This document shows positions 1 to 11,270 of a stretch of 64,000 nt of DNA, in pieces (the stretch's first letter is position 1; each line of letters starts with the position of its first letter). A program made the translations under genes and the position numbers. The notes beneath the pieces were generated by a model. It did no database searches. It was not told the DNA's origin and saw nothing but the letters and a program-made list of their open reading frames with translations. Source of the DNA: the human T2T-CHM13v2.0 reference genome, Homo sapiens; the NCBI RefSeq assembly GCF_009914755.1, contig NC_060942.1. One strand, given 5' to 3'.

Positions 1-192
1 CATTTAAAAATGACTAAAAGAGTATAATTGGATTATTTGTAACACAAAGAATAAATGTTTGAGGGGATGGATACTCCATTCTCCATGATGTGATTATTAC
101 ACATTGCATGCCTGTAATAAAATATCTCATGTATTCCATAAATATGTACACCTACAATGTACCCAGAAAAATAAAAACTAAAAAATTAAAAC
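1..192 (+). mobile_element. L1 3' end fragment (L1MA-like) with A-rich tail
   Basis: Resembles the L1MA 3' terminus (GGGGATGGATACTCCATTCTCCATGATGTGATTATTACACATTGCATGCCTG...ATGTACCCAGAAAAATAAAA). Subfamily by eye. Confidence 0.75.
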
Positions 193-429
193 AAAATTCC
201 TCCCTTTCCAAGTAAAGCCAGCTGACTTTGTGTTTCTGAGGCCTGTAAATTCCTGCATTCTCTCTCCTCTTGAATTGGATCCTGACATCACATAGAACTA
301 AGTGCTTATTAGAGGAAAAAGTATTTCATATCAATATATTTCTATATAACAATTATAAATATATTTCATAATTGCTATTATATATAAACATATATAGTTA
401 TATATTTTATATAATATAAATATATGTTT

Positions 430-1190
430 TATATAGTTATATATTTTATATAATATACATATATAAATTTTATATATTTTATATAATATACATATATAAA
501 TTTTATATATTTATATATTTTATATAATATACTTATATAAATTTTATATATTTTATATAATATACATATATAAATTTTATATAATATACATATATAAATT
601 TTATATATTTTATATTTCATATAATATATATAAATTTTATATATTTTATATAATATACATATATAAATTTTATATATTTATATATTTTATATAATATACA
701 CATATCACATATTTATATATTTTATATAATATACACATATCACATATTCATATATTTTATATAATATACACATATCACATATTCATATATTTTATATAAT
801 ATACACATATCACATATTCATATATTTTATATAATATACACATAGCACATATTCATATATTTTATATAATATACACATAGCACATATTCATATATTTTAT
901 ATAATATACACATAGCACATATTCATATATTTTATATAATATACACATAGCACATATTCATATATTTTATATAATATACACATATCACATATTCATATAT
1001 TTTATATAATATACACATATCACATATTCATATATTTTATATAATATGCACATATCACATATTCATATATTTTATATAATATGCATATATCACATGTTTA
1101 TATATTTTATATAATATGCATATATCACATGTTTATATATTTTATATAATATACATATATAACATGTTTATATGTTTTATATATTTATAC
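430..1190. repeat. AT-rich minisatellite, ~33-35 bp unit
   Basis: Tandem copies of TATATTTTATATAATATACACATATCACATATTCA (35 bp) over ~680-1170, preceded by ~33-bp variants; followed by (TG)n at 1195-1214. Confidence 0.92.
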
Positions 1191-1229
1191 ATTTTGTGTG
1201 TGTGTGTGTGTGTGTATGTATATATATAT

Positions 1230-1537
1230 TTATTTTTTATTTTTATTTTTTTAGAGACAGAGTCTCACTCTGTTGCCCAGGCTGGAGTGCAGTAGTGCTA
1301 TCTTGATGGACTGCAATCTCACCTCTTCCCAGGTTCAAATGACTCTCCTGCCTCAGCCTCCCAAGTAGCTGGGATTACAGGCACCCGCCACCACGCCCAG
1401 TTAAGTTTTGTATTTTTAGTAGAGACGGGGTTTCACCATGTTGGCCAGGCTGGTCTTGAACTCTTGACCTCAAGCAATCCACCCTCCTCGGCCTCCCAAA
1501 GTGCTGGGATTACAGGCATAAGCCACTGTACACGGCT
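1230..1537 (-). mobile_element. Alu (AluS-like)
   Basis: T-rich tail then GAGACAGAGTCTCACTCTGTTGCCCAGGCTGGAGTGCAG ... CCCAAAGTGCTGGGATTACAGG. Confidence 0.95.
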
Positions 1538-1639
1538 GTATTTTTTATATTTGATACAGGAATAGGCTTATTTAATCTCAGATTAGGGTCAAGAATATAA
1601 CGTTTAACACGTGGATATAGTATGTTTGTTAAGAATGCT

Positions 1640-1835
1640 ACCTGGATTTAAATCGGGTTCTACCATTCACTAACGTTGTGACCTGGGGGAAGTTACTCAA
1701 TAGCCCTAGGCATCTGCATGTTTTTCCTTTTCATTTATAAACTGGGATGAAAATAGACCTTACATAAAGTGTTACTGCAAAGCATGTATAAAAGGTCTTC
1801 CTCGTATGACTTTAAAAAATGCTCACACAAGGCGC
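1640..1835 (+). mobile_element. MIR fragment
   Basis: MIR core-like GGATTTAAATC...TGTGACCTGGGGGAAGTTACTCAA...CATTTATAAACTGGGATG. Confidence 0.6.
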
Positions 1836-2398
1836 TGTGGGTGTATGTTCTTCACCATTTGGAAACAAGGTTTGGACTTAGTGGAAGCAAGCTTGCTTTA
1901 GCGAAGAGCTGCGCTTCTCCTTGGCACATTTCAGTTGCATCACCTATCAAGGCAGAGATCATGGCCTGCAACTGAGTCAGCACACTGGCTGATGGTACAG
2001 AGGAGGAGAAGGGAGGAGGAGGGAGAAAGAAGTCAGGCGTGTTCCCATTTGAGCAGCTCTCCCCTGCGGGGGCTGACACTCTCGGAGGTGCTCCTGAGCA
2101 CCCCAGAGCCCCGGGCTTGGGCTCTCCTCAACCCGGCTCACCTGGGGTGTGGGTGGCGGTAGGGGTGGTGTGCCAAGATGACGTGCTCATCTCAGGACGA
2201 CGTCAGCTTCTGTTGTGCAGCTGAGAGGTCTTATGCCTCACAAAGATGCTCTGGAATTTCCACTGCTTAAGAAATGCAACTTTTTAATCATAAGAAATGA
2301 TATATGGTGATTGTTGAAAATTTGCAAGATATGCCAAGGATATGGAAAAATAATCTTTAATTTTGCCAGCCAGAAATAACTATTATTAAAATTGTTTA

Positions 2399-2668
<270 letters not shown>

Positions 2669-2737
2669 TTAAGGGTTGCTTAATTTTGTATTAGCAAATT
2701 AGATATTTAGAGGACTTGAAGAAAATATATAAAATAA

Positions 2738-2790
2738 TTTTTTTTTGAGACGGAATTTCGCTCTTGTCACCTACGTTGGAGTGCAGTGGC
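2738..2790 (-). mobile_element. Alu 3' terminal fragment with poly(A), inverted
   Basis: Reverse complement reads GCCACTGCACTCCAACGTAGGTGACAAGAGCGAAATTCCGTCTC-A10. Confidence 0.88.
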
Positions 2791-2867
2791 CTAAGGGATT
2801 TGTCACTCAATTTTTTGCTCAGATATGCCTTTACGCATAGTATTAAGCATTTTATTTATTCATATAT

Positions 2868-2990
2868 ATTTTTAATAGAGACTGTGTGTTGCTGTGTTGC
2901 CCAGGCTGGTCTCAGACTCTGAACACAAGTGATCCTCCTGTGTTGGCCTTCCAAAGTGTTAGAATTACAGGTGTGAGCCACCGCGCCTGG
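2868..2990 (-). mobile_element. Alu left-monomer/FLAM-like element
   Basis: TAGAGACTGTGTGTTGCTGTGTTGCCCAGGCTGGTCTC...GTGAGCCACCGCGCCTGG; single arm only. Confidence 0.8.
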
Positions 2991-3585
2991 TTAACGAAGC
3001 ATTTTAGAGGCAAATTGTGCCACTTCTACTATCTGGTTTTGGTTTAACTCTGGGGTCCTGTTTAACTCTATTTTTTTTCACTGTGGTCTTTTTTTTTTTC
3101 TCTTAAGTTTGCTTCTTAGAAAATTTCACACAGCCTGTTTTCTGTAATATAGTACAGTTTATCATTTAATATAAAATTTCTTCTAGACAAACACCAGAAG
3201 TTGAAAAGACAAAAAGTATGAAATAAATCCTCAAAATAGAGTAGTTAGGAAAAAGAATTATAAATCTGGGGCTTTTAAAATAGTTTTTTTTCCATCTCAG
3301 TCAGAAACTTTAAAGCAGTCACTTTATCTTCCCTGACTCAGTTTCTCCACAAGTGAAAAGACATAATAGTCCACAGTGACTAGTTAGGATCCTTTATAGT
3401 CAACTGTGAATGGCTGGAAACGTGGACAGCTAATATGATTCCACTATTGTATGGGAGAGGCATCATGTGAATTAGTGGGAATCACCTTTATTAGTGAAGA
3501 AAAAAATCACTTGATGATTTGTAGGAATCCGGGGAGAATGCTGAGAATTTGTGGCTGAAACTTCTCTTAGGAAAAGAGAGAGATT

Positions 3586-3635
3586 GAGTGAGAGCGAGAG
3601 CGAGACAGAGAGAGAGAGAGAGAGAGAAAGCGAGA
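3586..3635. repeat. (GA)n microsatellite
   Basis: GAGTGAGAGCGAGAGCGAGACAGAGAGAGAGAGAGAGAGAGA. Confidence 0.9.
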
Positions 3636-4069
3636 GGCACATGCTAGAACAAAGCTCCTTTCATTTGTTCCTGGGAGTGGCTGGGTGTGTCAAATCATCC
3701 CTCAGCCTCGATGCTGAGTAATCAAGTATAATATTTGCAAAGCTTCAACCTATAGGTAAGAAAAAGCACCAACAAAACAGTCTCCTAGGTTATTAAATAT
3801 TTAGTCCAATGATTACTTGTGTTGAACTAGAGGAAGTTATTGCTTCATACAATTGTATAATGAATGAATGAATAATTCATTCTTTGAGCTATGTATCTCC
3901 CCTCCAAAAAATCTACTCTTTTAAATATATAGTCAATAAAATGGTTTTTGTGGCAAATAAAGAGAGGGGAAAACATTATGGATTATTTTTGAAATTATAG
4001 AGCAAATGCTTTTTCCTACAAACAGGTGTATTCTTTGTCACTAAATTTTTTTAAATAAATCATTTATTT

Positions 4070-4502
<433 letters not shown>

Positions 4503-7135
4503 TCAAACTGACTTCAAATTTTGGGTTGAATTCATCCTTAGTTGAATTCCTGTCGGGTAGGGTTATTTCCCACTCATTCATTCTCTACCCACTATGTGCT
4601 AAGTACCCACTATGTGCCAGATACTATTCTAAGTTCTTGGACTACATCAGTGAAAAAAACAGACCAAAAAAATCTGCTTAGATTTCAGCTGAAGGAGGCC
4701 ATCAACAGTAAACATAATAAGTGAATTGTATAGTATATCATATAGAAAACTATAAAATCTGGCCTTATATCTGCTTCTTATAGGTTCAAAGTTCATCAAG
4801 AAGAAGGGAGATCAAAAATACTCTGGAGTTGACTATTCATGGGCCCACATAAAAAGCTTTTCATGAGGCAAGAGACTGAAGATTATAACAGGATAATAAC
4901 ACCATATTGTTATTTTTATGTTGTTGCTCTCTGAGTTATTAGTATGAGTAGAACCTTTTTTCTTATAAGTCTGATGCTTCTAAGTCCACTTGTTAACATA
5001 ATTGACATGACAACTTTGTTCTTTCCAGGCATTTCCTTCAGGATGTATGTTTTTTTTTTTTTTTTTTTTTTTTTTTACAGTATAACAATTAGTGTAGGTA
5101 TCTGACTTATAGAAATGCAAAGCTAAACTGTAGTCGGCTTGAGATCCATAGTTAGGTCTTATTCTGGGTCTTGCCCAGGGTCTGACACACTCAAAAAATG
5201 CTTATTCAGTCAATCACAGACTCCAATCAAAATGTCCAGTTAAAACAGGGAAGCAGAGTAGAAACCTATTGAATGCAGAAGACTTTATTGAGGCCACTCT
5301 TTCCTAAAATTAATCAGCAGGCATGTTCTCCAGAAACTAGTTTGAAATTCTGTAATTTAAAAAATGTGAACTGCTTGTATAACTCCATCCTCTCCCACTT
5401 TTCTGTTTTCTAGTGTCTTTTTAGGTAGAATTCTAAAGAACTTAAAATTTTGGCTGCCGTGGAAAAGAATATTACTGGGAAATGGGTCTTCTCAGTCAAA
5501 TAGAATCACAGTTTTAATACTCTTTCCACTGAATGGGAACCACTTTTTTTTTTCCTGCAATTTTGCCTAAATCAACAGTGTGTTTTGTCAATGATGTTAC
5601 ACCTGAGACTTGTGAGTCCTTGCCTTACTTGGGTTCAATGAGAGGGTGAGAACATTCACGTACAGGGTCTGACCTCCAGAGATACTTCAACAAGTGAAAG
5701 CTTTTGACAGGAAATGTTCTGTTTAATCTTTTGTTAACATATCTGTCCAATATACCTTGTATCATCCCAGCTCTGGACCTCCGTTCTCAGGCTTAAATGG
5801 TCTCCTGATGTCCAATGATGCTGCCTCCATGATCCTTCCCCAGTCATAGCCAGACTGAAAAGGTCACACCCATCTCTGAACTACTTTTGTCATTTGCACC
5901 TCTCTTAAGTCCCTTATTACATGCCTCCAGATACTTTCTTTTGTTTCTTGTCTTCCTACTGTACCCTTTGGGGAGAGGGAACATGTCTTATAGCCCCAGT
6001 CGAATGGTGCCTCTAATTTTCACCCAGTTAGAATCACCCAAAGGCATTTCACTTTGCTAGAACTTCCTTGGGTATTGTTGAATTCCTGTCATTGGAAATG
6101 TTTCTGCCCCGGTTGAGCAAGCACTGAACAGGAGTGTTTTAGAGGGAATTAAAACTTCAAAAAGGAGAATAGAGAGGCTCTACCATTTAAATGCAAGTCG
6201 CTTGAAATCTGTAGACCACAGTAGCAAGCACGAAGCAGGTATTCAATAAATGTGGTGAATTCAATGTCAATAACATGCTCCAGTCTTTTGTCCACTATTC
6301 CCCGAGCCTACCTAACCAATGGGCAAAGTGGTACTAATTGCCATCATTAGGAAGCACATGCTATGTGTCAGAAAGTATGTAAGAATTGTCTCTTCATCCA
6401 TCTCTGTCTATATCTCATTTTATCGATCTTATTGACAAATGAGAACTATATATAGATCTCATTTTACAGATGAGGAATCTGAAGATAAAGGGATTAAGCA
6501 ATTTGCTCAGGATTTCTCAAGCAATGAGTGGTTAGACTTAGTTTGCAAATTTATGACTCTGCTCCCAAATTCTCATTTTCCCTCCTACAGCTGGATAATA
6601 GAATTTTTAAGAAGCATCCTTCCACACCTCCTCACCTATGACCTTCCCTCCACTTGCTCCACTGATGCCTAAAATTCTGTTTTTGGAGTTCACTTAGTTT
6701 ATGACTTTGATTCTGGTTAACATTAAAATACCCAGGACATGGGGGAGGGGAAGCTGTTATCAATCTTAGTTTAGTCAGTTAATATAGCGAGTTGCTCTTA
6801 TTCATTACTCAACAAGCACTTATTGACTGCATACTGTACATCAGGTCTGTACCAAGCTTTGGTGTTATAAAAATGAATGAAGTTTGGCACTTACCTTTAA
6901 CATTGTTGTAGTCACATATAGGAGAATGTAAGAGATTATTATGAAACAATGTAGTAAATGTACAATAGGGAATTCTAGATAAGCACAGCAGAGAAGCAAC
7001 CAGCTCCGTTTCAGGTCCTTTCCTGAGACTGATTCGGCTGGAAGGGAGTAGGTCCCGCCAAATGAAGAAGCTGTGGGAAGACAGGAGGACAAGAACAGGC
7101 TCCACGAAGAGATTTCAGAGCAGAGCTGCGTACTC

Positions 7136-7424
7136 CTTTTTCTTTTTGTTTCTTTTGCTCTGTCACCCAGGCTGAAGTACAGTGGTTAGCTCACGGCTCA
7201 CTGCAGCTTTGACCTCCCAGGCTCAAGTGATCCTCTCGTCTCAGCTTTCCAAGTAACTGGGACCACAGGCATGCATCACCACACTAGGCTATTGTTTTAC
7301 ATTTTTTGTAGAGATGGGGTCTCACCATGTTGCCCAGGTTGGTCTCAAACTCCTGGGCTCAAGCAATCCGCTCACGTCAACCTCCCCAAATGCTGGGATT
7401 ACAGGCGTGAGCCACCGCGCCAGG
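7136..7424 (-). mobile_element. Alu (AluJ-like) upstream of the SERPINB5 promoter
   Basis: AluJ-type CAGGCTCAAGTGATCCTC and CTGGGCTCAAGCAATCC. Confidence 0.9.
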
Positions 7425-7657
7425 CCTGAGTAATCCTAATCACAGGATTTTAAAAAGAAACTTCCTGCGCCACCCATTAAACAATATCTCCTACCAATTT
7501 GGTAGTAAATATTTTGCTAATAGTACCTAATTTTTAGGTAGGCACTGTGTTTATACATATATCCATTCCTTCTTTTTTGATTGTCTTTCTGTTTAATGGG
7601 CAGCTACCTCTCTTGGCATCTAGCAGAATGAGCTGCTGCAGTTTACACAAAAAGAAT

Positions 7658-7990
7658 GGAGATCAGAGTACTTTTTGTGCCACCAACGTGTCTGAGAAAT
7701 TTGTAGTGTTACTATCATCACACATTACTTTTATTTCATCGAATATTTCACCTTCCGGTCCTGCGTGGGCCGAGAGGATTGCCGTACGCATGTCTGTACG
7801 TATGCATGTAACTCACAGCCCCTTCCTGCCCGAACATGTTGGAGGCCTTTTGGAAGCTGTGCAGACAACAGTAACTTCAGCCTGAATCATTTCTTTCAAT
7901 TGTGGACAAGCTGCCAAGAGGCTTGAGTAGGAGAGGAGTGCCGCCGAGGCGGGGCGGGGCGGGGCGTGGAGCTGGGCTGGCAGTGGGCGT
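7658..7990 (+). promoter_or_regulatory. SERPINB5: SERPINB5 proximal promoter (TATA-less, CpG-containing)
   Basis: HRE-like GGAGATCAGAGTACT 7658-7672; ETS core CTTCCT 7822-7827; p53-type half sites GAACATGTTG/AGGCCTTTTG 7832-7852; AP-1-like TGAATCA 7883-7889; tandem GC boxes ~7947-7968. These classes of site are known regulators of maspin. Confidence 0.82.
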
Positions 7991-8116
7991 GGCGGTGCTG
8001 CCCAGGTGAGCCACCGCTGCTTCTGCCCAGACACGGTCGCCTCCACATCCAGGTCTTTGTGCTCCTCGCTTGCCTGTTCCTTTTCCACGCATTTTCCAGG
8101 ATAACTGTGACTCCAG
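7982..8116 (+). other. SERPINB5: SERPINB5 exon 1 (5' UTR, non-coding); TSS approximate
   Basis: Matches the maspin mRNA leader as I recall it (...CATTTTCCAGGATAACTGTGACTCCAG) and ends at donor CAG|GTAAGC. Confidence 0.88.
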
Positions 8117-9829
8117 GTAAGCAAGGTGGGGTAGCAGGGCTGGTGACTTCCTTTTTTCAGGGAAATTCATAAATATCGTTATTTGAGCTGATTTGAGATG
8201 GTGAACAAAATGGACTTAGGTCCATTTTGGGGCTGTTTTCAAAGACGGGCTGTTGGGTTGAGTACTGTCGCCTCTCATCCCCCATGTTGGCAGTATTTCC
8301 AGCTCCCAACCCTTTGAGCACCAGGAACACTGCAGAGGGAGTAAAATCACTTAACCATACAAGGTAAGAATATGAAGAAGTCACGTGGCTCGGAGGTTTT
8401 GGTGGTAGAGGGGTGCAACCGTGATTCACGGAGGAGAAAATACTTCTGAGGACATTTTCAGGCCTACTTTGGAACTCAGAATGAATTTTGCAATGCTAGT
8501 TTCAGAAAGGGTGTGGTACCCGCAAACTGGGGAAAGTTGAGAAGTATTGGTGGGTCTGGCTGGCTCTTCTCCCTGGCTGACGTTGTAAGGCTGAGATTTA
8601 GGCATATGGACTGCCCTTCTTTTTGGCATTTTTAAGCATCAGATCGCTGTTCATCTACTTGCAACTGCATTCTTCTAAGCGGAAATTATTCTCCCTTCAG
8701 TTTTCTGGGTTTCAGCATAACTTTAAACAAGTTACACATTTCAGATGCATATTCTTGGACTTATAAATTGTAATAGCTGCTTGTAGTTTCTTACTCATAT
8801 GCTGTACACTTTTTCTTATGGCTTCATTTAAGCATATCATACTAAAAACCAACATGCCAGGCTATTCCAGAGACTTGTAACCAGATCCTCAGAGCTGGGG
8901 GCTCTTAGACATATTTCAGCCCAGCCCCCTCATTCTGTAGATGAGGAGCAGAACTCACAGAGGTGATCTGGTGTCCAAAGGCACACAGCTTGTAAGTAGC
9001 ACCGCTGAGATCAAATCAGGCCTTCACACTTGCAGCTCGGGATGTTTCCACAACACCGTGGGTTCTGTTACCATCTTTTTCATCCCCTACATCTCCCGGG
9101 AGGTTTTCGATAATGGGTTCCAAACCTCAGTCCCTGTCAGTTAGTGTAAGTGTTCGATGAGTTCCTTCATGGGTGGAGATGAAGCCTGTCTGAGGAAAGG
9201 AGTCTCCAAAGGAAATGAGTCAGCAGGTTTATATCTTTGCTTCCTAACGCCTTGAATTGTGCCACTTCAATCCCTCTGGGTTGTGGATTGACTTTGGGGC
9301 TATGCAGTCTCAGCGATTTGGGCCATTCTGGTGTGGCTGAGTCTGGCTGTAAGTTTACTGCTTGGCAACAGTGGGCTGGGTCAGTGGTCAAGATCAGGCT
9401 TCTAAAGAGACAGGAGCAGCTATGATGCTTCAGAGCAAAGCAGACGCCCCCCTGCCATGGGAAATTAAAGCAATTACTAATAGCTGTATTGTACTTTCTT
9501 GCCCACAAAGCACTTTTCATATACATTGATTCACTTAATCACTTCGTTTAGTCCTCATAGTCTTTCACATTGCAGAAACTTCAAAATATCCTATTTTCTT
9601 AATCCTGCACATCCTTTGCTCCTCAAAGACTTAGAATGTGGACAACAGAGGTTGTGTTTTTTGGCATTCCATTACTGATATTATAATAGGCAAGGTTTCT
9701 CATGGCATTCCCTAAGGACTGGTTATACCAAATACTTGAGAGATGTTTTTCACCATGTCTTTCCATCTTTAAAATGAGGCAGGCCAGGCTAAATGATATC
9801 TACGATACTCTGACACAGTAAAAACGTAG

Positions 9830-10129
9830 TTTTTTTTTTTTTTTTCTTGAGATGGAGTCTTGCTTTGTCACCCAGGATGGAGTGCAGTGGCACGATCTTG
9901 GCTCACCGCAACCTCACCCTCCCAGGTTCAAGTGATTTTTCTGTCTCAGCCTCCCAAGTAGCTGGGATGACAGGCACGTGCCACCACGCCCGGCTAATTT
10001 CTATATTTTTGGTAGACACAGGGTTTCACCATGTTGGCCAGGCTGGTCTCGAACTCCTGACCTCAAGTGATCTGCCCGCCTTGGCCTCCCAAAGTGCTGG
10101 GATTACAGGTGTGAGCCACTGTACCCGGC
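9830..10129 (-). mobile_element. Alu (AluS-like), intron 1
   Basis: Poly(T) then full antisense Alu dimer. Confidence 0.95.
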
Positions 10130-11099
10130 CAAAAGTTAAGGTTTTAAGGGATGAAAAAACTATACTCATAGCTCTGTTTAAATATGCACGCCCGTGATGT
10201 GTGGGTGAAGAGTGTGGTTGATGGTCTATAAGTAAAATGAACATATATTGTTCAAATCAGGATATGTTTGAGAGTAAACGGGGCACTGTTATCAATGTCA
10301 AGACAACAGACATAAACCAGGATTGTCCCAGGCAAAGTGGGATGTATATATCCTACCCACAGGACTTTTTTCTCACCTAAATGGTCTAAAGACAAAAAAT
10401 GTGAGGACCATTGGCTCAGATGCATAAAAAACTTAGGAAATCTTCATACAAAGACCAGTGACAAGCTATAAGTCTAGAGAAGTGAGCACGGCCCTACCCC
10501 CAGCCCAGTACATGCGTCTCCATTCACTGGGGCCTCTCTGAATTGAGTCAGTTCTCCCTGTCCCACGTTTTTGCAAGGCTAACTCCTACTTATCCTGTAG
10601 GACTCACCTTTAATGTGACTTACTCAGTTGTCACTGTCTCTGAGGAGGTGTCACTGAGGTTTCTAGTATGGGGGGTCTGTCACTCCTGGGGATCCCATAG
10701 TGACTTGGGTGCTCATCAAAACACTTAAAACAGTCATCATACCACTAACTGACAGCTCCTTGGAGGCAGGGGCTATGTCGTTTTCACCTTTTCTTAATGC
10801 TTACCCTGACACAAATTAGGTACTCAGTTAATACTTACTAGATGAAAGCAACATCATACCAAGAGTTTACAACATAAGTGGCAGAAAGGGAACAAGGGCT
10901 TCTTCAAGTAGGAAAATCATAGGGAAGAAGTTTTGTGTCGATTGAACAAACCATGCAGGATATGTTGATATCTTCAAGGGGAGACTTCAGGACATGCAGG
11001 ATTTTTGGAACTCGAGAGACTTCTGAGAGAACAAATGCCAGCAAAGATGCAATTAACAAGAAAGCAGGTGATCAGGTGTGGCGGGGAAGTGCCAGGCTG

Positions 11100-11270
11100 G
11101 GAGCTAGAAGCAATGAATTCTAGGTCTGGTTTTGCCACTCTCACTCCCTGCGTGGGTGGCCTGGGAGACTCACTTCATCTTTGTCTGCCTCATTTTCCTC
11201 ATCTGTAAAATGAAGAGGTGTGGCCAGCCTAGATCCTCTCCAAGATCTTGTCCCACTTTCAAGGTTTATA
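11100..11270 (+). mobile_element. MIR fragment
   Basis: TCTGCCTCATTTTCCTCATCTGTAAAATGAAG MIR core. Confidence 0.65.

Noticed and set aside
429-620. 63-aa Y/K/I-rich ORF
   Set aside because: Translation of the AT minisatellite.
7813-8170. Antisense ORFs over the promoter
   Set aside because: Expected by chance in GC-rich sequence; no homology or splice support.
9847-10197. Alu-derived ORFs here and at 4130, 15729, 22614, 24576, 33193, 48549 and others
   Set aside because: Generic Alu translations, not genes.
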